Shown here: piece after piece, positions 17,136 through 26,918 of the stretch
Layout: each line of letters opens with the position of its first letter
How positions within the stretch are numbered: position 1 is the first letter of the stretch
Source of the DNA: Candidatus Methylomirabilota bacterium
Lineage (GTDB): Bacteria > Methylomirabilota > Methylomirabilia > Methylomirabilales > CSP1-5
Assembly (NCBI GenBank): GCA_027293415.1
Contig: JAPUFX010000053.1
Coordinates: 14,874-78,873, forward strand
Length of the DNA stretch: 64,000 nt
Reading direction: 5' to 3'
Notes under the pieces: generated by a model
What the model saw: the letters and a program-made list of their open reading frames with translations, nothing else
Databases searched by the model: none
Told to the model about the DNA's origin: nothing
Translations under genes and position numbers: made by a program

Positions 17136-19307
17136 GTGCCCGTGAAAGACGTCATTCGCATCAGAGACGAGTTTTACATTCTGGCGACCTCATCCCTCGC
17201 GGACGATCGGACACGGGTCTTGAAAGAGGGGGAAACCTTCGCCGTTTTCGACCGCTTCGGCGATATCCAGGCGACCGGCCTAGGGGAACAAGGGCTGTAC
17301 CACGAGGGGACGCGGTTCCTGAGCCGCCTGGAAGTGCGGCTGGATGACCAACGCCCACTGCTGTTGAGCTCCACTGTGCGGGAGGATAACGCCCTCCTGA
17401 CCGTAGACCTCACCAACCCGGACATTTCACTTGACGGGCGGATAGCCCTGCTCCGAGACACCCTGCACCTGTTTCGCTCGAAGCTGCTCTGGCAGGGTTG
17501 CTGCTACGAGCGCTTCCGATTACACAACTATGCCCACCATCCTGTGGAGATCTCCATCACCGTCCGACTCGCAGCCGACTTTGCCGACATCTTCGAGGTG
17601 CGCGGGGTCAAGCGGGCACAGCGGGGCACCCTCCTGCCCGCCGAGGTGGAAGACTCGCGTCTCGTCTTGGGCTATCGAGGCCTCGATGGGGTTGTCCGCC
17701 GGACCCGTGTGCAGTTCTCTCCAGAACCGACGAGCCTTGCCGACTCCGAGGTTGCCTGGAAAATCCGAATGGGCCCCCACAGCGAGACGACGGTTTTTCT
17801 CACCGTCTCTTGCGAAGCCGAGCCCCCCGGGCCAGCAATCTGGACCTACGATCAAGCGGCTGCCATGACGGCGAAGGCCTTGCAACAGGCCGCATCCCGG
17901 ACCTCTAGCATTTACACATCTAACGAGCAGTTCAACGACCTCGTGAACCGTTCGCTGGCGGATGTCCACATGATGGTCACCTACACGGACAAGGGGCCCT
18001 TCCCCTATGCCGGGATCCCCTGGTTCTCGACCCCCTTTGGTCGGGATGCGCTCATCACTGCCTTAGAGCTTCTCTGGTTGGATCCCGATATTGCACGCGG
18101 AGTGCTGGCCTTTCTCGCCTCCACCCAGGCAAAAGAGGCCTTGCCTGAGAGCGATGCTGAACCCGGTAAGATCGTCCATGAGATTCGGCGGGGAGAGATG
18201 GCCACGCTTGGCGAGATTCCCTTCGGGCGCTACTACGGCAGTGTCGATGCCACCCCCCTGTTTGTGTTTCTGGCGGGAGCGTACTACGACCGAACTGGAG
18301 AGATGCCTTTCATTGAAGAACTCTGGCCTTCCATCGAAATGGCGCTTGAATGGATTGACCGCTGGGGCGACATGGACGGAGACGGCTTCGTGGAGTACAG
18401 CCGACGGTCTGCCCACGGGTTGATCCATCAAGGGTGGAAGGACTCCGACGACGCCGTATTCCACGCTGACGGCACCCTCGCAGAGGGCGCCATCGCCCCC
18501 TGCGAGGTACAGGCGTACGTGTATGCTGCCAAGACGGCCGCCGCCGCACTGGCCGATCGTCTCGGCAAGGCCGAACTGGCTGTGAGGCTCCAACATGAAG
18601 CCCGAACCCTCCAAGAACGGTTCGAAGAGGCCTTCTGGTGTGAGGATCTTGGGACGTATGCTCTGGCGCTCGACGGCGACAAACGCCCCTGTCGGGTTAA
18701 ATCTTCAAACGCCGGACAATGTCTCTTTTCGGGAATCGTAGCCCCAGAGCGAGCCCGGCGAGTAGCTGAGACCTTGCTTCACCACGATTCCTTCAGTGGA
18801 TGGGGCGTCCGGACAGTGGCTGCATCCGAGGCCCGTTACAATCCCATGTCCTACCACAACGGCTCAGTCTGGCCCCATGATAATGCCCTGATTGCCTTCG
18901 GACTGGCACGGTACGGACTTACCGACCCGCTTTTCCGGATTGTTACGGGGCTCTTCGACTCCAGTCTCTTTACGGATCTCCATCGGTTGCCTGAACTCTT
19001 CTGCGGATTTCCTCGCCGCCCCGGGGAGGGCCCCACCCCGTACCCTGTGGCCTGTGCGCCCCAATCGTGGGCGGCCAGCTCCGTGTTTCTTCTCCTCCAA
19101 GCCTGCCTCGGACTCTCATTTAACGCTGCGGAACAAGAGATTCGCTTCTCCCATCCGGTGCTGCCTCCGTTCCTGCAGACGGTGGAGATAAAGCAGCTGC
19201 GAATGAACGAGGCCTCCCTCGACCTCGTGCTGCGCCGTCACGACCACGACGTCGGGATCGAGGTCCTAAGGAAGGAGGGGGAGGCCAGGATCACGACCGT
19301 GAAATGA
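17136..19307 (+). CDS. amylo-alpha-1,6-glucosidase / glycogen-debranching-enzyme family protein
   Basis: The GDE C-terminal (alpha/alpha)6 region is present (GIPWFSTPFGRDALI, HQGWKDSDD, NGSVWPHDN). GTG start at 17136; the upstream track extension overlaps the GT4 gene. Confidence 0.85.
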   Translation: MPVKDVIRIRDEFYILATSSLADDRTRVLKEGETFAVFDRFGDIQATGLGEQGLYHEGTRFLSRLEVRLDDQRPLLLSSTVREDNALLTVDLTNPDISLDGRIALLRDTLHLFRSKLLWQGCCYERFRLHNYAHHPVEISITVRLAADFADIFEVRGVKRAQRGTLLPAEVEDSRLVLGYRGLDGVVRRTRVQFSPEPTSLADSEVAWKIRMGPHSETTVFLTVSCEAEPPGPAIWTYDQAAAMTAKALQQAASRTSSIYTSNEQFNDLVNRSLADVHMMVTYTDKGPFPYAGIPWFSTPFGRDALITALELLWLDPDIARGVLAFLASTQAKEALPESDAEPGKIVHEIRRGEMATLGEIPFGRYYGSVDATPLFVFLAGAYYDRTGEMPFIEELWPSIEMALEWIDRWGDMDGDGFVEYSRRSAHGLIHQGWKDSDDAVFHADGTLAEGAIAPCEVQAYVYAAKTAAAALADRLGKAELAVRLQHEARTLQERFEEAFWCEDLGTYALALDGDKRPCRVKSSNAGQCLFSGIVAPERARRVAETLLHHDSFSGWGVRTVAASEARYNPMSYHNGSVWPHDNALIAFGLARYGLTDPLFRIVTGLFDSSLFTDLHRLPELFCGFPRRPGEGPTPYPVACAPQSWAASSVFLLLQACLGLSFNAAEQEIRFSHPVLPPFLQTVEIKQLRMNEASLDLVLRRHDHDVGIEVLRKEGEARITTVK

Positions 19308-19370
19308 TGGTGCTTGCCTACCCGCGTTTGAGCAGCCGCATCCTCCTTGACGCACAGTGGCATTTGCGCT

Positions 19371-19399
19371 TTGACACCTCTAGACCCCTCTGATATGCT
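19371..19399 (+). promoter_or_regulatory. sigma70-like promoter (TTGACA-17-TATGCT)
   Basis: The hexamers have exact 17-nt spacing and end 25 nt upstream of the phaR start. Confidence 0.5.
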
Positions 19400-19423
19400 T
19401 CAGAACGGGACGAAGAAACGCTC

Positions 19424-19924
19424 ATGTCGCAGGGTGGAGGAGAGGTGGCGGAAGAGCAGACCCTCATTAAAAAGTACAGTAATCGTAAGCTCTACGATCT
19501 CAATCGGAGTCGGTACATCACGCTGGAGGAGATCGGCGAGTTAATCCGCCATGGGGGCCAAGTCAAGATCGTTGATGCCGAAACACAGGAAGATCTCACG
19601 AACATTACGCTCGTCCAGATCCTCCTCGAGGAGGAAAAGCGACGTAACCTGCTCCCCGTATCCTTCCTGCATCAGCTCATCAAACATGGAGAGATGTACC
19701 AGGATTTTTTCCGACAGTACCTCTCTTCCACGCAGGATGCCATGCTCTCCATGCAGCGCGATGCGGAAAAAGGGATCCGGCAGTGGGCAAAGATGGGGGG
19801 GCTCGGAGACATAATACTCCCGCGGGAGCCGGCCACCGAGGAAACACCATCAGCGAGCTTGAAGGCGGAGCTCGATTCCCTCAAGGAAAAGCTCAAGGAA
19901 TTAGAGAAAAAGCTCGGATCCTAA
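19424..19924 (+). CDS. phaR: PhaR-type polyhydroxyalkanoate synthesis regulator
   Basis: IKKYSNRKLYDLNRSRYITLEEI matches the PHB/PHA accumulation regulator DNA-binding domain. Confidence 0.75.
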   Translation: MSQGGGEVAEEQTLIKKYSNRKLYDLNRSRYITLEEIGELIRHGGQVKIVDAETQEDLTNITLVQILLEEEKRRNLLPVSFLHQLIKHGEMYQDFFRQYLSSTQDAMLSMQRDAEKGIRQWAKMGGLGDIILPREPATEETPSASLKAELDSLKEKLKELEKKLGS

Positions 19925-20120
19925 ATGCTTCGGAGAAAGACCAACCTCTGGCCTTAATAGCTCCTTCGGGGCAATGGTATGTTGGGCCTACGATGGATTC
20001 CTTCCGCACCTGGCCCGCTAAACCACCGTACGCTATGCGGCTTCCTGGTCGGCCCGCTTGAGAAATCTTTCCCTCCTTTTCTTCCGATCCACTCGGGAAC
20101 GTAAGGCAGGTGCAAGGCTG

Positions 20121-20149
20121 TTGACACAAGGAGGGAAATGGCATAGGTT
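20121..20149 (+). promoter_or_regulatory. candidate recA promoter (TTGACA-17-TAGGTT)
   Basis: Hexamer match and spacing only. Confidence 0.4.
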
Positions 20150-20206
20150 CCGGCCAAAGAGCATGGGAAAGGTCGTCGAAGGACGTTTCAGGACGGGGGG
20201 GGGCAC

Positions 20207-21259
20207 ATGAGTGAAACACGTGAACGGGAACGGGCACTCGATTTGGCCATCGCTCAGATCGAGAAGCTTTACGGGAAGGGAGCGGTCATGCGCCTCGGGA
20301 GGGCAGGGGCCTTGGAGCCGATTGCTGCCATTCCGACAGGGTCACTCGAACTGGATTACGCATTAGGAATCGGTGGTGTGCCCCGGGGACGGGTGATTGA
20401 GATTTTCGGTCCGGAGTCCTCGGGCAAGACGACGCTGGCGCTCCACATCATTGCTGAGGCCCAGCGGGGTAAGGGGGGGGCTGCCTTTGTCGATGCTGAA
20501 CACGCGATGGACCCCAAGTATGCTATGGCGCTGGGAGTCAACATCGATGATCTCCTCATTTCCCAGCCGGACACGGGCGAGCAAGCCTTAGACATTACCG
20601 AGGTGTTAGTCCGAAGCGGTGCGGTCGATGTGGTGGTCATCGACTCGGTCGCCGCCTTGGTGCCCCGGGCCGAGATCGAGGGGGAGATGGGGGACCCGAC
20701 CATGGGGCTTCAGGCCCGCCTCATGTCCCAGGCCCTGCGGAAGCTGACGGCGGCGATTTCGAAATCGAGAACGACTGTTGTCTTCATTAATCAGATCCGG
20801 GAGAAGATCGGCGTCATGTTCGGCAATCCCGAGACCACCACAGGTGGCCGGGCCCTCAAATTTTACGCCTCTATCCGCCTGGATATCCGCAAGATTGCAA
20901 ACATCAAAGAGGGAGACAGGGTGCTTGGAGTACGGGTGCGGGTGCGGGTGGTGAAAAACAAGGTCGCCCCTCCCTTCCGCGATGCGGAATTTGACATGAT
21001 CTTTGGGGAAGGCATCTCCCGCATGTCAAGCCTCGTGGACCTCGGGGTGGCCCACAAAGTGATTGAAAAGAGTGGTGCCTGGTACTCGTACGGCGGAGAC
21101 AGGATCGGTCAGGGGCGGGAGAACGCGAAGCGGTTCTTGGTGGAAAATCCCCCCATCGCAGACGAGATTCACGGCAAGCTGCGGGCACTGCTGGGGTTGG
21201 ACGGCGCCCAGAAATCTGAGGAAACTAGCCAAACCCGGGGTGTCCGGGAAGGACAGTGA
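20207..21259 (+). CDS. recA: recombinase A
   Basis: [13 protein letters not shown]-loop and full-length RecA similarity. Confidence 0.97.
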   Translation: MSETRERERALDLAIAQIEKLYGKGAVMRLGRAGALEPIAAIPTGSLELDYALGIGGVPRGRVIEIFGPESSGKTTLALHIIAEAQRGKGGAAFVDAEHAMDPKYAMALGVNIDDLLISQPDTGEQALDITEVLVRSGAVDVVVIDSVAALVPRAEIEGEMGDPTMGLQARLMSQALRKLTAAISKSRTTVVFINQIREKIGVMFGNPETTTGGRALKFYASIRLDIRKIANIKEGDRVLGVRVRVRVVKNKVAPPFRDAEFDMIFGEGISRMSSLVDLGVAHKVIEKSGAWYSYGGDRIGQGRENAKRFLVENPPIADEIHGKLRALLGLDGAQKSEETSQTRGVREGQ

Positions 21260-21337
21260 TATCTCACGGGGAGGGTCTTAAGATCCGGCACAAGAAATGC
21301 ATAATCCCAGCGTGGAACGAAAAACGTTGGGGGTGCC

Positions 21338-22483
21338 ATGGATCTTCGAGATCTCGCAAAAATTGCCGTTGAGCGGAAGGCCTCAGACCTGCATATCAAG
21401 GTGGGAGGCCCACCGGTCATTCGGGTCGACCATAGGCTCATCCCTCTCACCGAGATGGGGAAGATCAGTCAGGAAGACGCGATCAAGATGATCTTCTCCG
21501 TCATGAACGAAAGCCAAAGGGACCGGTTCAAGGAGAAGCGCGAGATCGACATGGCGTACAGCGTGGCCGGCCTCGGCCGCTTTCGTGTCAACATCTTCCA
21601 GCAACGCTCCACCGTCGGGATGGTCATGCGCGTCATTCCGATGAAAATCATGACTATCCAGGAGCTGAACCTTCCCCCCGTGGTGGAGAAGCTCTCTTTG
21701 GAGACCAGGGGATTGCTCCTGGTCACCGGCACAACCGGAAGCGGGAAGACCACCTGTCTGGCGTCTATGGTCGAGCATATGAACACACACCGGACAGCAC
21801 ATATCATCACCATCGAGGATCCGATCGAGTACCTCATTCGGGATAAAGAATGCCTGGTCAGCCAACGAGAGGTGGGAACCGACACTGATTCCTTTGCCGA
21901 GGCGCTTCGGAGTGCGCTTCGGCAGGATCCCGACGTCATTCTGGTGGGAGAGATGCGGGATTACGAGACGGTTTCTACGGCCCTCCTGGCGTCTGAAACC
22001 GGTCATTTGGTTTTGAGCACTCTGCATACGGTGGACGCCGCAGAGACGATCAACCGGATCATCTCCGTCTTTCCACCGTATCAGCAGCGGCAGATACGCC
22101 TCCAATTGGCCTCTCTCCTCAAGGGCATCATCTCGTTACGACTGATCCCACGCGCCGATGGACGGGGACGGGTCCCGGCCGCCGAGGTCTTGGTGGTGAC
22201 GCATACCATTCGGGAATGTATCATCGATTCGGACAAGACCCGCAAGATTCCTGACTTCATTGCCGCCGGCCATAGTCAGTATGGCATGCAGACCTTTGAT
22301 CAATCCCTCATGACACTGTACCGGCGCAGTCTCGTGAGCTATGAAGAGGCCCTTCTCTGGGCGTCCAACCCGGACGACTTTGCTCTCAGAGTCCGGGGGA
22401 TCGAGCCAGCCTGGGACGAGGTATTGAAGGCCTCGGAGGAAGATAAGAGCAAGGTTTCTGGGATTGAGCGCCTGACTGGGTAA
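21338..22483 (+). CDS. pilT: type IV pilus retraction ATPase PilT
   Basis: GTTGSGKTT Walker A, the EDPIEY and LVGEMRD boxes, and PilT-type length. Confidence 0.9.
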   Translation: MDLRDLAKIAVERKASDLHIKVGGPPVIRVDHRLIPLTEMGKISQEDAIKMIFSVMNESQRDRFKEKREIDMAYSVAGLGRFRVNIFQQRSTVGMVMRVIPMKIMTIQELNLPPVVEKLSLETRGLLLVTGTTGSGKTTCLASMVEHMNTHRTAHIITIEDPIEYLIRDKECLVSQREVGTDTDSFAEALRSALRQDPDVILVGEMRDYETVSTALLASETGHLVLSTLHTVDAAETINRIISVFPPYQQRQIRLQLASLLKGIISLRLIPRADGRGRVPAAEVLVVTHTIRECIIDSDKTRKIPDFIAAGHSQYGMQTFDQSLMTLYRRSLVSYEEALLWASNPDDFALRVRGIEPAWDEVLKASEEDKSKVSGIERLTG

Positions 22484-22596
22484 ACCCCCGTCACCCGCCA
22501 GGCCGGCATACCACTTCCCGCATCTGGACTTCGCTGCCTCTCCGTGGAATTTCCTTGAAGGTTGATCACCTCCCGTGTTGAAATCTGTGCATTTCC

Positions 22597-22625
22597 TTGA
22601 CATTACGGGCATGATTCCCTACCAT
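22597..22625 (+). promoter_or_regulatory. candidate alaS promoter (TTGACA-17-TACCAT)
   Basis: Hexamers with 17-nt spacing. The -35 is embedded in the second copy of the direct repeat ATTTCCTTGA. Confidence 0.45.
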
Positions 22626-22663
22626 ATAAATCTCTGTTTGTTTTTGGCTATCAGGGACCAGTG

Positions 22664-25336
22664 ATGCGAAAACTGAGTGGACCGGAGGTTCGACAATCCT
22701 TCCTTGACTACTTCGCCTCGCGGGGGCATGCCATTGTTCCGAGCTCGTCCTTGGTTCCGAGGGAGGATCCCACGCTTCTCTTTACGAATGCTGGAATGGT
22801 CCAGTTCAAGGATTGCTTCCTCGGCCTGGACCAGCGGGGCTACAACCGGGCTGCCTCGTGCCAGAAGTGCGTCCGGGCCGGCGGGAAACATAATGATCTG
22901 GAAAACGTCGGGAGGACGGCACGGCACCACACCTTCTTTGAAATGCTCGGCAATTTCTCCTTTGGCGACTACTTCAAGGAAGAGGCTATCGCGTATGCCT
23001 GGGAGTGGATGACGGTAGATCTCGGTCTCCCCCCTGAACGGCTGTGGGCGACGATTTACAAGGAGGACGATGAAGCGTGTGAGTTGTGGCAGAAGCTAGC
23101 CGGCCTTCCCGCGGACCGGATTGTCCGCCTCGGTGAGAAGGACAACTTCTGGGCCATGGGCGACACAGGTCCCTGCGGACCGTGCTCAGAGATCGTCATC
23201 GATCAGGGACCGGAAGTGGGGTGCGGTCGCCCGACCTGCGACATCGAGTGTGACTGCGATCGGTACCTGGAGCTGTGGAACCTGGTCTTCATGCAGTTTA
23301 ACCGAGATGCCAGTGGGACCCTGACCCCCTTGCCGAAGCCGAGTATCGATACCGGGGCAGGCCTGGAGCGAATCACGGCCGTCGTCCAGGGCGTACACAG
23401 CAATTTCGACACCGATCTCTTGCGTCCGCTTGTCACCGCCGTGGAGGAGCTTAGCGGGCGGGCGTACGGCGCTAGGGAGCGAGACGATGTCTCCATGCGG
23501 GTTATTGCCGATCATGCTCGGGCGGCCACATTCCTGGTGAGTGATGGGGTGTTACCCAGCAACGAGGGGCGGGGGTACGTCCTGAGGCGCATTGTCCGAC
23601 GGGCCCTGCGGCACGGGAAGCTCTTAGGTCTTGAGGGACCGTTCCTGGCGCAGATGACGGGGCGTGTGGTTGATCATATGAAGGAACAGTACCCGGAGCT
23701 TCAGGCGAGTCGAGACCGCGTGGCACGCGAGACGCTTGCCGAAGAAGAACGCTTTGGCCACACCCTGCGCATGGCCATCCCGCGACTGGAAGAGGAAATC
23801 GCACAAGCGAAGCAGTCCGACGCTCAGATCCCAGCGGACAAATTATTCAAGTTGTATGACACGTATGGACTGCCACTCGATCTCATGGAGGAACTTGCCC
23901 AGGAACAGAGACTTACGCTCGATCGGGCGAATTTTGAAGCAATCATGCAACGTCACCGAGAAATAGCAAAGGCCAGTGCTGTGGCCATGTTCAAAGGGAC
24001 TGAAGTCTCGCCCGTCTTGCAGGAGCTGGCGACCTCCCGCTCGACTCCCTTCGTCGGGTATGACCAGACCGAGGTTGAGGCCGAGGTAACCGCCATCGTG
24101 AAGGCGGGGCAGAGTGCCGAAGCAGTCCAAGAAGGGGAGGAAGCAGCGATCATCCTGGACCGTACCCCCTTTTATGCCGAGGCGGGGGGGCAGGTAGCAG
24201 ATGTCGGGACCCTGCAGGGCTCACGGGGCGTGGCCGATGTTCTGGATGTTCAACGGCCCCTTCCTGGGTTGACGGTCCACCGGGTCCTGATCGCACGCGG
24301 GTCGATTCGGAAAGGAGACCGGTTACGCGCAGCCATTGATGCGGAACGGCGGGCGCTGGTTCTAAAGAACCACACTGCAACCCACCTGGTTCATGAAGCC
24401 CTTCATCGAGTTCTGGGGGATCATGTCCGACAGGAGGGGTCTTTGGTGGCTCCCGACCGTCTTCGGTTCGACTTTCGCCACTATGGACCAACGACGGCTG
24501 CGGAGCTTGCCCGCATCGAACGGATGGTGAACGAGCAGCTGTGGCGGAACCTCCCAGTGATGATCGAGGACGGGGTCCCGTACGAGGAAGCGCTAGCCCG
24601 AGGGGCCAAGGCCTTTTTTGCCGATAAATATGCAGACCGAGTTCGGACCGTGACGGTACCCGGATTCGGGCTTGAACTCTGCGGGGGAACGCATGTCCAG
24701 GCCATTGGCGAGATTGGCCTTTTCAAGATCGCCAGCGAAGGGGGGGTCGCTGCGGGTATCCGGCGTATTGAGGCCAATACCGGTCCGGGAGCCTACGACT
24801 ACCTCCTGAGGGAGGAAGCTGCCCTTCAGGAATCGGCTGATGCGCTGAAGGCGCGGCCGCTCGAGCTTCCGGAGAAAGTGGATAGGCTAACCCAGCGGGG
24901 CGGAGAGCTGGAGCGGGAAATCCAGCGACTTCGAAGCCGGGTTGCAGCCACCGTTGTAGAGGGGTTGCTCAAAAAGGTTGAAGCCGTCGAAGGGCTTCGG
25001 GTCGTCCGGGGGCGCGTGGAACATTTCGACCAGAAGGGGCTTCGAGAACTCGTAGACCGAGTCCGGACAAAGCTTGGTTCGGGAGTGGTGGTTCTCGGGA
25101 CCCTCGCGGATAACAGGGTGGCTTGGGTCGCCGGGATCACACCAGACATCGTGCCGCGAGTCCATGCTGGAAAGCTGGTGCGAGAGATGGCCCGGATGAC
25201 GGGAGGAGAGGGGGGCGGTCGGGCCGACTTGGCCGAGGCCGGAGGGAAGGATCCGTCGAGGCTCGATCATGCCCTAGGTCAGGTCCCGGAACTCGTGCGC
25301 CAGCTGTTGGGTGAGGACGGAGGGAAGGGATCCTGA
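22664..25336 (+). CDS. alaS: alanine--tRNA ligase
   Basis: FTNAGMVQFK, editing domain HTATHLVH, and full length of about 890 aa. Confidence 0.97.
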   Translation: MRKLSGPEVRQSFLDYFASRGHAIVPSSSLVPREDPTLLFTNAGMVQFKDCFLGLDQRGYNRAASCQKCVRAGGKHNDLENVGRTARHHTFFEMLGNFSFGDYFKEEAIAYAWEWMTVDLGLPPERLWATIYKEDDEACELWQKLAGLPADRIVRLGEKDNFWAMGDTGPCGPCSEIVIDQGPEVGCGRPTCDIECDCDRYLELWNLVFMQFNRDASGTLTPLPKPSIDTGAGLERITAVVQGVHSNFDTDLLRPLVTAVEELSGRAYGARERDDVSMRVIADHARAATFLVSDGVLPSNEGRGYVLRRIVRRALRHGKLLGLEGPFLAQMTGRVVDHMKEQYPELQASRDRVARETLAEEERFGHTLRMAIPRLEEEIAQAKQSDAQIPADKLFKLYDTYGLPLDLMEELAQEQRLTLDRANFEAIMQRHREIAKASAVAMFKGTEVSPVLQELATSRSTPFVGYDQTEVEAEVTAIVKAGQSAEAVQEGEEAAIILDRTPFYAEAGGQVADVGTLQGSRGVADVLDVQRPLPGLTVHRVLIARGSIRKGDRLRAAIDAERRALVLKNHTATHLVHEALHRVLGDHVRQEGSLVAPDRLRFDFRHYGPTTAAELARIERMVNEQLWRNLPVMIEDGVPYEEALARGAKAFFADKYADRVRTVTVPGFGLELCGGTHVQAIGEIGLFKIASEGGVAAGIRRIEANTGPGAYDYLLREEAALQESADALKARPLELPEKVDRLTQRGGELEREIQRLRSRVAATVVEGLLKKVEAVEGLRVVRGRVEHFDQKGLRELVDRVRTKLGSGVVVLGTLADNRVAWVAGITPDIVPRVHAGKLVREMARMTGGEGGGRADLAEAGGKDPSRLDHALGQVPELVRQLLGEDGGKGS

Positions 25337-25358
25337 TGCTTGAAATACGGGAGGGCGA

Positions 25359-26033
25359 GTGGCATACAAGAAACTTCAGGAATCATCGCCTTTGACAGCC
25401 GACCGACGGAGGAACAAGTTTCCGGTAGCCTCGGAGGGGTGGCCATTTATCGTGCCCCTTCTGGGAGGTGCTTTCCTCCTTTGGATAACGGGCATCACGG
25501 TAGGAAGCCTGTTCCTGGTCCTGCTCGCAGCAGCGGTCGGTTTTTTCTTCCGGGATCCAGAGCGGTTTCCACCTGCGGAGGTCGGGGCGATCCTGGCTCC
25601 GGCCGATGGACGGGTCGTCCGGATTGGCCCTTCGATGGACGGGCGGAGGGGGACGGAGGTCAGCATTTTCCTCTCCCTTTTCGATGTCCACATCAACCGT
25701 GCCCCGTGCGCCGGCCGGATCGAGGCGGTGCTTCCAAGTGCGGGGACCTTTCGGGTCGCATGGAAGGAAGAAGCCTCCCGGAGAAACGCCCAGACCTTGA
25801 TCCACCTCAAAGGGGGCCCAAGAGACATATTCGTTCGGCAGGTGGCTGGGATCTTGGCCCGGCAGATCGTCACATGGGTTCAACCCGGGCAAGAAGTTCG
25901 GGCAGGCGAGCGTATTGGTATGATTCGCTTTGGATCTCGGGTGGATCTGCTTTTGCCTGAAGGTGTGGGTCCGAGGGTGCAGATCGGGGATCAGGTGAGG
26001 GGCGGCGAGAGCGTCATCGGGGTGGTCTCATGA
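25359..26033 (+). CDS. psd: phosphatidylserine decarboxylase proenzyme (short, archaeal-like type)
   Basis: FFRDPER, ADGRV and FGSRVD (self-cleavage GS site). It overlaps pssA by 4 nt. Confidence 0.8.
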   Translation: MAYKKLQESSPLTADRRRNKFPVASEGWPFIVPLLGGAFLLWITGITVGSLFLVLLAAAVGFFFRDPERFPPAEVGAILAPADGRVVRIGPSMDGRRGTEVSIFLSLFDVHINRAPCAGRIEAVLPSAGTFRVAWKEEASRRNAQTLIHLKGGPRDIFVRQVAGILARQIVTWVQPGQEVRAGERIGMIRFGSRVDLLLPEGVGPRVQIGDQVRGGESVIGVVS

Positions 26034-26824
26034 GTCGAGAGGTTCGCCGCGGGGTGTACATCCTGCCCAGCATTTTGACTATCGGGAATCTCTTTTGCGG
26101 ATTCTACGCGATCATCGCGATCTATAAAGACGATCTTTCCAAAGCAGTGCTGGCCATTATCATTGCCCTCGTGGTGGATTTTCTGGATGGGGCGGTCGCG
26201 CGGTTCGCAAAGGCGACCAGCGATTTCGGAATGGAGTTGGATTCGTTGGCCGATCTGGTCTCCTTCGGGGTCGCCCCCGGCATGCTGGCTTATGTCTTTG
26301 CCATGCAGCCCTTTGGGCGAATCGGCTGGCTGGCGGCTTTTCTCTTTGCGGCCTGTGGAGCGCTCCGGCTGGCCCGCTTCAACATCCAGACCAAGAAGCT
26401 CGACACACGCTACTTCGTTGGCCTTCCGGTCCCCGCAGCGGCAGGGATCGTGGTCTCCAGCGTCCTCTTTCTGGGAGAATCTCCCTCCCTGGTCGTGTTG
26501 GAGTACCAAGTGCTTTCGCCGGAGGTGACCTCGGCACTGATGGTCGTGTTGGTGACGGTGACTGCCTTTCTCATGGTCAGCAAGGTCAGGTACCGCTCTC
26601 TGAAAGAGATCGACATTTCCCGGCGGCATCCCTTCACGATCCTCATCAGCGTGATCCTGGCCATGCTCGTTATCGCCTCGGAACCGCGGCTCCTGCTCTT
26701 TGGCTTTTTCTTCCTGTATGCCCTCTCTGGTTTCTTCAGGTACCTTCCCCTCTGGCGCAAGCGGGTCCCGGTTGACTTGGGTGAAGAGCTCGAGCTTACG
26801 CCGGGGGAGCCCCGGTCCCCCTGA
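26030..26824 (+). CDS. pssA: CDP-diacylglycerol--serine O-phosphatidyltransferase
   Basis: CDP-alcohol phosphatidyltransferase motif DFLDGAVAR...G.ELDSLADLV, multi-TM. Confidence 0.85.
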   Translation: MSREVRRGVYILPSILTIGNLFCGFYAIIAIYKDDLSKAVLAIIIALVVDFLDGAVARFAKATSDFGMELDSLADLVSFGVAPGMLAYVFAMQPFGRIGWLAAFLFAACGALRLARFNIQTKKLDTRYFVGLPVPAAAGIVVSSVLFLGESPSLVVLEYQVLSPEVTSALMVVLVTVTAFLMVSKVRYRSLKEIDISRRHPFTILISVILAMLVIASEPRLLLFGFFFLYALSGFFRYLPLWRKRVPVDLGEELELTPGEPRSP

Positions 26825-26918
26825 GGGAGGGTTCCCCCGGCGTGACAGCACCAATCGCGACGAACAGATGGCATGAATCCTCAGGTTTCGTATGCCCCAA
26901 TGATGATGTCGTGCAGGC

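Noticed and set aside
19925-20206. LexA/SOS box upstream of recA
   Set aside because: No CTGT-N8-ACAG, GAAC-N4-GTTC or GTTC-N7-GTTC type palindrome is visible. Only a candidate promoter is reported.
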